A stretch of DNA of 63,920 nucleotides, filler included, from Sphacelaria rigidula (Eukaryota): NCBI GenBank assembly GCA_964200075.2. It is 8 parts of 8 records of this genome, joined end to end, with 100 filler letters (N's around TTAATTAATTAA, not from the genome) between each part and the next. Parts side by side here need not be neighbours in the genome. Positions count along the whole stretch, not along the records: positions 8,004 to 15,906 come from CAXNAA020013037.1; positions 16,007 to 23,909 come from CAXNAA020013038.1; positions 24,010 to 31,912 come from CAXNAA020013039.1; 5 more parts are not named here. One strand, 5' to 3'. The position numbers and the translations under genes were made by a program. Positions within the stretch are counted from its first letter, which is position 1. Each line of letters opens with the position of its first letter. The notes beneath the pieces are model-generated. The model had not been told where the DNA came from, did no database searches, and was given only the letters and a program-made list of their open reading frames with translations. This document shows, one piece after another, positions 12,120 through 25,272 of this stretch.

Positions 12120-12366
12120 CTGTGTTGCCAGGGAGACGACGCGGCGTACAGGACAGGCAAAATAACGCGTGTTTGATAGCGTGTTTGTTGTGGTATCCTA
12201 AACCGAACAATGAGATTTTCCACTGTATATATTTCTGCATGTAAAATACAGCAGTTGTGTATCTGCCCATTCTGCCCCCAGATTTTTTTTTTACAGGTAT
12301 GGAATATTTTCCTACGCTGCATGCATCCGCAATGGTGATGTGATTTGAGTGAATCGAGGATCTGTA

Positions 12367-12912
12367 CAGAAGTGGGCGGTCTAACTATTTAGGGATGTTT
12401 TGGGGTTTTCCTCGCGTACTACTCTTCGATAGAAGTCGAACTTGCTAGCGTCGGAAGATTTTGGTACAATACAACAGATCATCCTTGAAACACAGTGCCC
12501 AGGTCAGTGTATGTTGGTGTTATCAGGCGAAACGAGTAAATATTCCGTTCATTAGGAGGATGTTATTGACCTTGAAACACAGTTTTTCGGCCCTAGTGCA
12601 ATGAGTAGGCAGAAATAAAAAAAAATGAAACTGTACATTTATTTGCAAGATCAGGACGGGCTCGATCGACCGAAAAATACAGTAGAGTAAGAATCTGAGC
12701 TGAAACGTGGCAGGACCCCCGATGACCGGTCAGCCCATAAGTCACTCAATAATGAGTACATATGATTATTTTCTTGGAATGTGGAGCGGATACAAATATC
12801 TTCAAATCCCCGGTGTGTTAAGCGGTGGCAAGCGAAAATAACCCCAAAAAAATCGCCAATTACGAAAAAACCACAAAATGCCTCAAAATGAAAGTTAGAC
12901 CGCCCACTACTG
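12367..12912. mobile_element. Tc1/mariner-type non-autonomous element in RPAP3 intron
   Basis: TIR CAG(A/T)AGTGGGCGGTCTAACT at both ends, TA on each side. Confidence 0.75.
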
Positions 12913-13589
12913 TAGCTCATGCCGCTCTGATAATCCTCCCCCACCTCATCAACCAACACTCAAAAAGTCCATCACCATTTCATCAGCCCGCGCATTGGGC
13001 TGGATCGAATGTAGCCGTGCTCCTATCCTGCTTTGGGAGTTGATTGATCTCTGAGGGATCCAGTCGTGGTAACCAGATAGACGTACCCAAAATATCGCAC
13101 ACATAACGGAAACAATTGCTGAAGGAAACTCGAGAGAGGCAAAAAGGTAAACATGGATGGATCGAACGGAGAAAACTGAACGGAAACGAGAGACAAACAG
13201 AACTGCAAAAAAAAAAAACAGGGAAGGGGCAGGAAAGGAGAAGAAGAACACCAGTAATCAGTGCGATGAAACTAATAAAAATGACGCCAATAAATGGCAA
13301 AAAAAAGGAGGAGGAAACAAGGAAACAAGGAACAAGAAAAAGCCAGCCCCTGCAACATGGCTTCAGGTAAAAACAAAGAAGTGCGAGGAAAAACAAATGC
13401 CGGAGAAGCATCGAGGAACCTCACTATATGGGCATGAACTACAACTCGCGAGCTCCACGGGGGCGAGGAGTAAACATGAAAAAAAACTCGAGTCAAGCAC
13501 ACACGAGCGTCGGATCAGACCAACTCGTAAAAACGAAAGTGCAGGAACGCTACCGCTGGAGCACATGAGCAAGGATATCACGGCGTCAC

Positions 13590-13760
13590 CTGTTTGGACG
13601 TGGGGTCGATTTCCCCAGCGGTTTGAAGGTCACTGAGCGCGGCACGGTGCTTGCCGAGCGCATTCCTGGCAACCGCTCGCCGTTGCAGAGATTTAACATG
13701 GCCGGGTTCCACCCGCAGCGCCGCATCGCAATCACTTTCCGCCTTTCCAAACTCCTTCAA
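13590..13760 (-). CDS. RPAP3: RPAP3-like TPR exon
   Basis: AG/GT bounded, 57 codons LKEFGKAESDCDAALRVEPGHVKSLQRRAVARNALGKH...; phases match neighbours. Confidence 0.9.
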
Positions 13761-13846
13761 CTGTTGGTGATGATCGACGAAAACAATAAACGGAAGCACG
13801 AGAGAACATTTGCCTAGAATAGCGTAACACAACTGTCACTACCTTT

Positions 13847-14047
13847 CAAAGGTCGGACACATCAATGATTCGTCTGGAGATTACTTGGTTTTAGTGTAAT
13901 TGATTCGACTCGAACAAATCAATCCCTAGGCTTTGTTTTCAGCGTTGCATCTCAGGTACACGCAGCGTAGACACGTGGAATGGCGCAAAAGTTGCGTGGA
14001 TACTCCTTGGACCANNNNNNNNNNCGTGATGATTCGTCCTAACCGTG
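13847..14047 (-). mobile_element. MITE family A copy in RPAP3 intron (contains a small N gap)
   Basis: Reverse complement of 49204-49460; flanks CTACCTTT / CTACCCTC resemble an 8-bp TSD. Confidence 0.75.
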
Positions 14048-14634
14048 CTACCCTCCATGTATGAAAACGTTGTCAGTTGCAGAAGCGTGATAGTAGACCG
14101 ATCTTACTATGCGAGGCTGTGTTGTCCAGTTTCACGCAAACACGGATCTTTAGATACCACGGTCGACCACACAATATGCCATTCACGAACGAACACGCCT
14201 ACGTATACTCTTACTTCAGTTGGAAACTAAAGCCTGGGAGGTAAGGCAATTTCTACATACATCGCGGAGAAAGACTGCTTGGGATGCAGGCAAAGCATCA
14301 ACACTTGATATGTTACACGTGAGCGAGATTTCCGTCAAATCGGATAGAAGATCACTTCGCATTTTTAGTAGGGTGTTGTCAAGCTAATTCTGGTTTCGGA
14401 ACGTCTCTCGAACGGCAACAATGTAGTTAGCGATACTTCCTTGATATGTATAATATCCGGTCACATGATAACCATGCTCGCAAGCAGCAGAGAACAGAGC
14501 CGTGATGAATCCGCAAAGTACACGCTAGATTAGAGCGTGAAGCTATGGGAAAAGTATCCCAGGGATACACAAACTGCACCAAGAACTCAGGGAAAAACGC
14601 AACAGGATAAAATAAATAGCACATCGACACGGAC

Positions 14635-14698
14635 CTTGAGATACGCCATTGCCCTGTTGGAGAAGGCTACCGCGCTCTTGCTGTTCATGCCCACACAC
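14635..14698 (-). CDS. RPAP3: RPAP3-like TPR exon
   Basis: CTCCAG|G TGT...CTC AAG|GTCCGT; encodes CVGMNSKSAVAFSNRAMAYLK (TPR consensus). Confidence 0.9.
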
Positions 14699-15163
14699 CT
14701 GGAGCGTACCGTGGAATAATGCAAGAGTTGGGGCATCAATCACCACCATCGCCAATTTAGGAGAGGAGGGAACCAAAACTGCATAGTTCCTCACAGCTGC
14801 TCTTAGCTGAAGCGCCCTTCTTACGGTAAAAATGGACGAGGGATACTAACGGACACGGCATGAGTACAGGCAAACGGCCTCAGCTACAGTTTCGGGCAGC
14901 AGCCACATGGCCGGAGAAACGTCACATTTTTGTCAACCATAGCTGCGGGACTTCACTAATCGAGTGCGGCCCGTGACAAGGTCTGCCGCTCTTCTCAGCA
15001 AGCACGCTCACACGAAACACGGCACACTTGCTCCCTCCGCAACAGTACGACACCTTGCTCATTCGAAGAAAAAAAAAACGGGACATCGGCGCACTACCTT
15101 AGCGGTATACACTACCATACCTACGGCACCGTCGTACCTTCCCCGCATCATACTCTCCCCCAC

Positions 15164-15438
15164 CTTGTGTAACATTTCACCGCTCCCGCAAAGTCCCCTT
15201 TGGCGAACAAGCCATTGCCACGCTCTCGTTCCTCCTGTACTGGATTCCTCTGCACCCCCGCCTTAACGCCGCCGGAGGGTGCTACAGTCGGACGCGAAAC
15301 GGGCATGTGGTCACCCGAGGAACCTTTCATTGTGGTGGCCGAGCTCCGACGGGAGCGGGGAGCGGCGGCGGCGGTGGGGGGCACAAACCTGGCACTTTCC
15401 TCTTCATCTGTGCCGCTTTCGTTGCTACCGGCGGGCTT
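15164..15438 (-). CDS. RPAP3: RPAP3-like exon with start of first TPR; upstream exons not identified
   Basis: CTGCAG acceptor; EERERGNGLFAKGDFAGAVKCYTR then AG|GTGGGG donor. Confidence 0.8.
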
Positions 15439-17563
15439 CTGCAGTGACCAATCGCGGTCCAAGGACGGGTTATAAAAGCCGCACAGGGTGCAAGGGGGGG
15501 AGAGCCGTGTTAGGGTATAGGTTAGGGGATCATTTACTGTGCCCTGACGCTACCGTGCAGCTGCCGTAGTGGCCAGCAGTGCACGGGGGGAAGGGGGTGA
15601 GGGTGGGTATGTGTTGCTGACCCTTGTGGAAATCCGAACGTTTGCGCGACCGGTCAAATCACACGCCTCGAGTCCGAAATGCCTGCAAAAAAAGCTGCGC
15701 GGCTAGATTTCAAGCAACGAGTATTGCCGCTGACCACACTGAACCCACTGCCGACCGAGTTCGCCTCCGAGAAAATATGAGTTTAGCTGCAACAACCAAA
15801 ACAGACGAGATTACCAAACGACACTCGCGACAGTAACAGGGTGTACTCATGATCATGAATGCCATAGTCATGAGATCATTGACCTCGCATCCCTACAAAG
15901 CCGGGANNNNNNNNNNNNNNNNNNNNNNNNNNNNNNNNNNNNNNNNNNNNTTAATTAATTAANNNNNNNNNNNNNNNNNNNNNNNNNNNNNNNNNNNNNN
16001 NNNNNNCTCGTCCCACAGCGTTGCCAGATTCAGTCGCCTTGTGAACATGACCACGTACATAGTAGAGTATATTTATTCCCGAATTTCCCCCCGAGAACTA
16101 CGTGTTGGTGTTATCAACTAGAGTTTACTATAGGGTGGTGACCCCAACAAATCGGGGGATGGGAGGTCGGGCCTACATAAAATGCAAGTAAATAATGAAA
16201 AAATCGGGAATCCGAGCCCCGAAAACTTGGGCTTTCTTTTGCTTCGACGGCTTTTTTGTGGGCCAGGGACAGGGTTCACAAACTTTGCATTAACATCACT
16301 CCCGGCGACAGCCCCCCCCCACTGTCGTTCTGATGTTGTCGATCAATTTCGCCTCGCCCTGATTGGACAGGTCGCTCTCAGACTTGTTTATTACTTCGTA
16401 TAATTTTACTAACACATGGTGAACATGGTGTGAGCCTCAGTCCCAAAAGGGTCATTAGTCTAGTTGGTAGTCTCTTAAACCGTCACAGTTCTTGGAATCT
16501 GGATCTCCAGACTTCCGTTGATTGACGATGCCAATGCAATAGAAATACATGTTAGATTCACTCCACGGCGAAAGCACTTTCATTCAAGCCGCTTCTCGCC
16601 TGACTCGGTGTAGTATCCCTAAAAAAACACCACTCGATGAATGCATTAGGATATCCGATTATTCGGATTTTGACTCAATCAAACCCTATACGAGCTGGGC
16701 CAGCCTAAAAACGGATTTAAGCTCTCGAGGCAATATCTCGTCGACACGGACGAGTTGGGCCATGATCCGCATATTGTATTATTCGTCTAACCAAGGGGGA
16801 GGTGCCCATCTGCTCGAAAGTTTGGGCCCATATTTTCTCGTTGATTAAACCCCATGTCTGGTAATTCCTACACCTAACGGAAATAGCGTCCATACCAAAA
16901 TCTTAATGAAACTCTCGTTCGATGCATTTAGTGAACATTCACTGGAGTACGGGGAGACGATACATACCCTCGCCTTCACCTGATTCGTAATCTCTCTCGA
17001 CATATGGCGCACATAAATTTCGGTACCACTAATATTTGTATATTGCGAGCAGAGGCACTAGATTAATTAAGTCTGGATATCGCGTCTCAGTTTGTGAGAG
17101 TTATGCTATGAAATTTGGAATGGAGAACCGCTAGTGCACAATAAAGTTAAGAAATAGCGTTTTATATTTTTTCGTTCAAAATAAGAAACAGTTTTTAGGG
17201 CAGTTTTGAGGAGACATTTACACTGCTCTCGGGCCTTATCGCAATGTTTTAGCTCATTTTTTGGAATTGTAATTTCAAACTCAGGACAAAGAACCACAGA
17301 GGTATGGTGAATAATAAAAAGAAAATGGGCCCTCATTTGGGGGGGGAGAGAGGTTCGGGCGTTCTCGTAAAAAAAATGATCGTTTGCAAAATAGAACGCC
17401 CTAAATCAGTGTAAAAATCAACAAAATCAGCCTGACCCTTTTCGTTTCGTCAATTATGCCTAGCCACGGCCCACACAAAGTTTCAATACACAAATACCAC
17501 ATGTGGGCCGGTGAATGGCCTGCAAAATACTGTCCCGCATTTCTCCTGACCTCGTCACTAAAT

Positions 17564-17833
17564 GCCCCATTCACCGGCCAATATTTAGAGTTGGACCCTG
17601 AAATTTGGCATGGACAATGAATAGGGCATAATAAAACAAGTACCAGTGCACACAAGGTCTTTTTTTTTTCATGAGTCAAGGGCGATGGTCAGTTTTCAGG
17701 TATCAGTAAAATGCCCTTAACTCATGAGGAAAACAAAGCCCTTGTGTGCACTGGTACTTGTTTTTATTGTGCCCTATTCATTTTCCCCAGCAAATTTCAG
17801 GGTCCGACTCTCCATATTGACCGGTGAACGGGC
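17564..17833. repeat. ~270-bp imperfect inverted repeat (hairpin)
   Basis: Arms ~17564-17686 and ~17711-17833, e.g. AAAACAAGTACCAGTGCACACAAGG versus CCTTGTGTGCACTGGTACTTGTTTT. Confidence 0.85.
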
Positions 17834-19561
17834 CTGCAAACTACAAATTCGCTTCTCGGCTGACCCAGCTCGTAGACTCTCCATCTGGCGAAACCTCTGT
17901 TACAAGTCGATTGGAGGTCGAAGCCCTCAGCAGTCAGTAACAATATGTCTACTCTATTTCGTAACCCTTGCTTTTCATGTCGATATTTAGAAGCGGTGAA
18001 GTACCGCTATTATCGTAACCCATACTCTTATCCCCCTGGGGCGAATGCCGGACCCCTTCACTCCAGCCTGTTGCATACAACTGAGCGTCGCCGCGTCCGG
18101 AGCAGGAACACGTTTGCTGCTGTTCAGCGAACGTTTTCTCTTACCTTTTTGTCGGCATAAGATGCGATTTTGTTTTTGTGTTTCTACCGCATCTGTCTTG
18201 CTGTTTCATGTATATTTCTATCTTTTACCCCACAAACAATGAGGTGGGTATATCCCAGTTCACCTCCGAATTACCCACAGTGGACACCTCTATTGAAAAA
18301 CGGTGACCCTAACCCTGATCTCAACCCGAAGCACACCGAAAAAACTCGGGCAACGGGGGTGCAAAGGGTGCCTGCCCCCTCTCGAAAGGGATGCATGGTC
18401 CATGGTCAACTGACTACAGCAAGGAAATGAATTGCACGCCCCCTCCCCCCCCCCCCCCTCCCCCCCACCCCTGGTGACTACAAGCCTGGAACGGCGAAAA
18501 CCGAGAGTGCTCCGTCCCGGCTTTGTAATGATGCGAGGTTAATGGTCCCATGACCAATAATGATGATTATTATTATTTCCGCACATTAGTCCAATCTCGC
18601 GAACCCGTGGTCACAGACGTAGGCTGGCCTTTCCAATACCGTCCCTGCTATTCCGTACCAGACATATTACCAAAAATAAAAATGAGAAGAGAGACGCCAC
18701 GAAAACCGGTGAGAAGTAGCTCCCCCGAGTACAACGGGGAGATTAAAGAAAGACTATGGCATGCACAATCATGAATACTCTCTCAACCTCATCCCCGAAC
18801 GGGGTTGGAACACGGCGGGTGGCGTCGGTTGGCAACGACGCGGTGAAACACACCATTCATCGTGCAAGCTAGTCCACCGAGTTACCGTTTTCTTCTGCAC
18901 TTTCGTTTTCTTTTGTGGTAACCATGATGGTGGTCGAGCCAGATCATATGTGCGCGGTGGGACGACCTGAACTCCGCGCACAGGGGATGATCAAACTACG
19001 TAATGATTTTATGGTGAGACATCCATGAGGCAGTGTAACCCATGGCAGTCTCTGGAAGTAGCGATATCAGAAGATGATACAACTCAGTGGAGGCTGCCAT
19101 CCACATCCAAGATAATCAGTACGTTTCGCGCCGAGTTAGTAGGGTGTAGCTCACGCTTCATGAAACTCACTGAACACATCACAACGGTTCGCGCTTGATG
19201 ATGGATTGCGAGTCGGGTCCGGCTAGAACCGCGCATGCTCCGTGCCGGTTTTGTAAGGATGCGAAGTCAATGGTCACATGACCACGGATGCGAGATCATG
19301 AATACAGCCCCCCTCCGCCGCCGCCGCCGCCTCTCTGGCACACACTACACATAATCACCACGAAGAGTTCAGGCAGCCGTTCATATATCGGAACGCACGG
19401 AAGCATCTCATCGAATAAGGCGCACTATTATGGCGTTTTACAATTTGCCAGTACTTCCTTTCCACAGTAAGTTGTCTCCTTATCTTGTCTTGTGTAACAC
19501 TCTCCCGTCACCGAATGGCCCACGATCGTTCTACATATATATTGTACCCCAATATTTTGTA

Positions 19562-20214
19562 TGTGTGTTGTGTTGTCATCCCATCTATTCCGGACACCAG
19601 TCTACACCTTTCGGTATATAACAACGTTTTCGTGAGATTGAGAATAGAGCGAGGATTGAGAATGGCTTTGGTCATTCTCTTTGACTTAGCCAATTTTTCA
19701 TTCCGTGTGTGCTCTTCTTTGCCTGTATCACTTCCGTGGGCGTTTAGCTACATGTCGATATCCTAGTCAGGGATATCAAGCGCCTCAGAGGCAAACTACT
19801 ACAGAAAGAATATCGGGAGGGGCATTTCGGAAATGAAATGATTCATTCACTGATTGACCGCTTTTCACTCTCAATCGTATCCCCTACTCTTGATCTCACG
19901 AAAACAATATTATATATATGTGCGCGCACCAACCGAGGTTACACAGGAGGAACGCCTACACAGACGTTTTTTGTTTTTGTTTTTGGTGCTCCGCCGTCCT
20001 TCTGCGGTGCTTGCCTCTATGTTTTATCGCGAGAGGGGTTCGGCAGCCCCTTTCCCTCGTCGACCGTGGAGTCGACTTTTGTGTACCCACGATATATTCG
20101 CTTTCCGCTGTAGGGCATTGTGTGAAAACAAATCCCGGATCCCTCTGAGATTCGAACCCACGACCTAATTGTCACAAGGCTACGAGGTTACCCACTGAGC
20201 CACCGGGGCGGCCG
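19562..20214 (-). mobile_element. tRNA-derived SINE interrupted by a MITE
   Basis: Minus-strand head with A box TGGCTCAGTGG and B box GGTTCGAATC; body colinear with 54850-55213 apart from the insert. Confidence 0.75.
19621..19910. mobile_element. MITE family C inserted in the SINE at a TA run
   Basis: TIR GTTTTCGTGAGATTGAGA / TCTTGATCTCACGAAAAC; copies at 52275-52580 and partial 41200-41325. Confidence 0.8.
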
Positions 20215-21053
20215 ACGTGTATGCCTCCACTATACCTTCTCCGTAAATGTGCGTGTGCCTTCCTCGGAGAATTTCTGCACACATGACACGATAACCCCAA
20301 ACTTGTATTGCGGATTCTTGCGTGGGTTAGTTCTTGTTCTTTGTTTTCGCCGCCCACGAGTATCGGGGGTCCTAGAAGGGCATGCGAACCCCCGGTACTC
20401 TGGGATCACCGATAACCGGAGGAAAAATGAATAAAATAGTAATTTCACCTATAATAAGTTTTGTAGCATGACATCAAGAACATGTTCGCGACTTTTCAGC
20501 GTCTAACTCCAATAACCAGCCTGATGTTTTGCAGATGGAGATAATCGGGGCGATGAACGTGAACCAACCTGGAAAATCGACAGTGGACCTTTCGAAGTCG
20601 CGATAACGGAACATTTTGTTTTCCATATTCGTTTCACCTTATCCGAAAAACTAACATTTTGTTTCGACCTATCCGAAAAAAGATCAAATCCCGACGCTGG
20701 ATTTTCGGAGAAATCTTTAGTCACTCTTACATTGGTCGATTGCCTCCCCTGGTTTGGAAATCTGCTCTGACATTTTTCGGAGAACACGTTTTTCCCTAAA
20801 ACATATATCGGAGATTTTAGGGGTTGAAACAGACGCGTTACTGAGACCCCTAATCTGCACCAGCAACCATGATCCCATCCATAATTTTCACATGTACCTC
20901 CCAGGCTTCGCGGACTCTTGACGGGACTGCAGTTCCTCGGGGCTTGAGACGTGTTGGTATTTGACCTGCCGCCCGAACGACGGAACGGAGCACTGCACGT
21001 ACCATCAACTCTAGCAGCTGCCGTGTGTGGGAACGCACATTGAAGCCGCCGTG

Positions 21054-21405
21054 ATGAGCCTCAGGACCTGTCACAAGGCGACGATCGCCAAGGACTACCT
21101 TTTCAACTCGAGCACCGGTGCTAAAAGGACCAGGGCGAGCACGCGGCGCTTCCGTGGCCGAGGACAAATGGTGTCGGCTACCAGCGTGCTTTTCGCGTCA
21201 CTACTGTTCTCGGCTGGACATTTGTTCGTAAGACCGTCGAACGCGCTTGGTTTTGGCTTCGAGGCGAGCCGAAGCGACACGCTGCCGAGTTGCGCACCGG
21301 TGGATGTCAGGGGGCTGGACTACTGTCCCCAGTTGATTGACATCTTGCCTACCCTCATGGAGAACAAGCGGGCTTTACTTCGGCTTGCATCGGATGCGCT
21401 TGCAG
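21054..21405 (+). CDS. Possible first exon of an unknown secreted or membrane protein
   Basis: Open frame with hydrophobic MVSATSVLFASLLFSAGHLFV, two Cys, ending GCAG|GTATTT; no recognised domain. Confidence 0.35.
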
Positions 21406-21692
21406 GTATTTTCAGTATTGACATGACGTGATTGGGTGTGCACAGTAGCCATCTGGGGCTGATTAGGGCTCAGCTACATTATATCCTGTCTGTGTTTGAA
21501 AGATGAAGGCGCTTAAGAAATGGATGATGATGCAACAGTCATTTTCACACAACGGGACCCGTACCATTGACCACACATTCATCGGAGTCGAACTACGAAG
21601 ACCAGGATATCCATTCCTGGCCTGGTGGTCCCGATCCGATGTTCCCCTTACTTGTTCCTATGAGAATTAGAACTCTCAGCACAGTGACTGAA

Positions 21693-22133
21693 CAGTAAAT
21701 CATCGAAATTAAGGATGAAGCTTTTCATTGAGGATGAGAACCCGGAGGATTAAAATCTTCGTATCCACACTAAATCTTCGAAATATGGTTCCATTCCTTC
21801 ACCAACTGGTAGCTAATTATAACTGCTACATGTCCTAAACATTTGGATGTCAATAACCGAAATGTTGGGGTCTCGGGTAAAAAAATGATTCGAGGGAATT
21901 TCGGCGATCCGATCGGATCACCTGAATTCCCCGAAATTGTTTCTTTATCTAGGACCCCAAGATTTCGGTTATCGAAACCCAAATCTGTATGGCGTGTAGT
22001 ACTTGTCAATGGGTACCAGTTGGTGAAGGAATGGAACCATACTTCGAAGATTGGTATGGATACGATGAGTTTAATCCTCCGGGTTCTCATCCTCCACGAA
22101 AAGCTCCATCCTCGATTTTGAGAAACCACTCTG
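21693..22133. mobile_element. Fold-back MITE family B, second variant
   Basis: Inverted arms of >100 bp (GAGGATGAGAACCCGGAGGATTAAA / TTTAATCCTCCGGGTTCTCATCCTC); core colinear with 9042-9400. Confidence 0.8.
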
Positions 22134-24009
22134 ATGCGGGGGTAATCGTCCACACGGCTCAAGTGCGTGAACAGTAGTTAGCAGCCTGGTTGAGGCAAAT
22201 AACAGCAGTATATACCGCTTCGATTACCTCTCATCACACCCCCCGTACTCCCTCAGATTTCTTCAATCAACCTCACTCAGTCACACAATAGCTCACACTC
22301 AATCTCTCTCACTAAACACCACACTAACGCACTCACCACACACACTTTTATACACCCTCTTCATGCAAACCCCCAGGGCATGGCAGAGAGTAGGCACCCA
22401 GAACCAGACCAGCCTGACCGATGGGGGCAGTGCATAACTCGTTTGCCTACGCGTGAAGTATATTGTACTCGCATAACCTATGTCATTAGACACTATTCCT
22501 CTGATTGGCCATTATAATGCTCCGCAACCTCAACATGGTTGATGTCTACTTGTATCACTCTTGTACATGACTGAGCGTAAGCATATTCGATCAGCCCCCC
22601 TGTTCACGGCCCAGTTATGACCTGAAAACCTAAATCGTTGAAAACTGAAAAGGAGCAATAACAACCTGACATAAGAATGGAAGTATCTTCAGCCGTGCTC
22701 CAATGCACGAAGATATAAAATATAGATAGCACAATTTGCTGAAGTAAAAGTACCTCCGGATTTTTACACCCCCCTAAACCTGTGTCACTTTCCCCTTCAT
22801 GGGAAAATATTCCTTGTAAATCTCAAATCAGAAAGGGTTCACATCATCAAATCCTCCGATTCCCTGACTTTCGTGGCCATAGCGCTTCTTTGAAAACATT
22901 TGCAGTCACTCCACAAACTAAATGCAGACGAAAAAATATATCACGCTACGTAAACATCTCGGTGATATTAGAAACTGAGGTCAACACGATCAAACTCGAA
23001 CTGTACTACGATCGAACATACGATACACTTCAAAAGGATCTGGCCGAGATTCATTCGTGAAATAAAAGTCTTAAGCCTGAATGTTCCAACATTCTAGACC
23101 CACACCAGTTTTTCCACGCAAAATGATACCCGACGAATATTGAAATGCCCAGTGAAGCGCGCCAATCATCAACTTCTGTAAAGTCTATGTATTATCAAAT
23201 AAATCACCACTCCCAGGCAGTCGTCGCATAAATGCATGCTCATTTATCACCGATAGGTGTGAAACCTCAAACATAATCATGCAAAGCATAAACCTATTGA
23301 TAAGCTGGAGATGTCAACACCTGTCCCCGGCCTCTGCGTTTCTCCTCTGGTCAAATGCCTCGAATCCAAGTTCTCCATTCCAATCAATTTGCTTCTCCGT
23401 ATTTCCATGCCACTCTAGTGCCCTCCTTGCCTCCTCGGCTGTCCGTACTCGACCAAATGGGGATTGCTACGCGTCCCCCTGCTCAATTTGACCGGCATGG
23501 CGCCATGCGTGAAAAAATGTTCGCCGACGGAGTCGGTGGTAACGGTAGCGGCAGCAGTTGTTCTTAAGCAGTTGGCGATGTTGTTGGCGGAGTAGATGGT
23601 AATGGTGGCGACTGTGGCGTTGTCGGCGATGATAGAGGAACTGGGAATGAAGAAGGTTGTCGCGTGTGGTGCAACCGCGGGGCCGTTGGAGTGGGAATCA
23701 ACCACGGGACTGTCGGAGCAGGAATACGAAGTGTACGTGCGGTAGTAGGTGGTAACCACGGTGATATGGCAACGAGGAAAGGTGACGGTAGTGTCGGTAT
23801 GGCGGCGGCGTTGGCGACGCGATCAATGTTGCTTGCCCCCCCCCCCCCCCCCAAAAAAAAAACAAAACACACCCCTCTTGCCTATATAGTGGGGGGGGAC
23901 GGAAGAGAGNNNNNNNNNNNNNNNNNNNNNNNNNNNNNNNNNNNNNNNNNNNNTTAATTAATTAANNNNNNNNNNNNNNNNNNNNNNNNNNNNNNNNNNN
24001 NNNNNNNNN

Positions 24010-24080
24010 CCTTTGGCCAATCAGGCCGAAGAAATCGTGGATTTGGTGATTCGTAGTCGTGATGATTCGTTCTAACCGTG
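24010..24080 (-). mobile_element. Terminal fragment of MITE family A
   Basis: CAATCAGGCCGAAGAAATCGTGGATTTGGTGATT...TAACCGTG as at 8004-8097. Confidence 0.8.
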
Positions 24081-24930
24081 GAATCATGAAAACCTCACAC
24101 GATTTTCTCAGCAGCCAACTCAAGCCTTCAACATAGATCACGATTTGAGCACAGACAGGGTGCATACCTACGGTAATTGGGAATTGATACTAGCACCCTC
24201 TTGGCATGCTGTTGTTTCTTGATTGCCGGCGAAAACTTGAGCATCTTTTATTGTAGGGGTCGACGACGGAGTTGTGTGGTGTGGTGGACGACCGACTTGC
24301 GTACGCGCTCACGGACATTACAGGCAGTGCAACCTGCACGTTGTTCATGTATTTTCCATATCGCTCTGTATGCAGAGAGAGTGGATAGTCCTAAGTTGTC
24401 TGTATTGCATGTTGCCCCCTTCTTCGTATCCTATACTGTACAAAACACATGCACTGTGCAAGCAGCACAGACAGCACCATACCGTCTGTCTGCACTGAAA
24501 GCAAGTGAACGAGCACCGCGTCTTGAATCCCACCGTGTTTTTCGATCCAAACCGTGCACGTGCACAGCGAACATATTCAATTCCGCTGCAGTACTTCGTC
24601 CGATATTAAAAAGAAGGAAGATAAGACACGGCTTAACCCTTTGGGAACCCACTGTTGATTATTTTTTTTGGTGGATTGGCATCATTTTTACTTTAAAATG
24701 ACTGAAAATGATGCCGATTCATAAAAACAGAAAACGTCGATGAGATCCAAAAGGGTTTATTTGGAGACGATGTGGGACAAACTCAACCGGTCTGTCTATC
24801 GAATAGAAATAATGTCGATTCGACAGATTGCCCGTCCTGGCGATCAAAGGGTTGACGTGCGATCCAGTACAGCTCAGTGCTCGGATCCGTCGTCGGCTGA
24901 AACGCCATACCTCTGGAATTGCGTAGGAAC

Positions 24931-25148
24931 TGTGACGCCAGCCAGTGGAAGACTGCTGGATCACTGCTGTTGAGGGATTTCCCAGTCCTACTGGCCTCAG
25001 TTTCAGTTGTCAGCCTTGACAACATCTCATTATTCAGGAGTGCCCTTCCAAGGCACCCACCGAGACACGCCAGGATATCAACCTAGAGTCCCCGGTCATT
25101 ATCCAGATCATCACTACCAACTCAACGTAACGGCGTTATTTTGTCACA
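24931..25148 (-). repeat. Gypsy 3' LTR
   Basis: TGTGACG...TGTCACA; direct repeat of 30504-30752. Confidence 0.9.
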
Positions 25149-25272
25149 GCACTCCCAAAGCGCGTTGGACGAAAATCAGTCAACAAGCTTGACACATAGA
25201 AATCGCCAAAACGATGAGTAAGTTGCAACTAAAAACCAAACTCACTCGTGATGCGAGCAGCAACCGCACGAG

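Noticed and set aside
20135..20214. tRNA gene (also ~55135-55213)
   Set aside because: Has A and B boxes but no convincing cloverleaf, and is attached to a repeated body, so it is a SINE head
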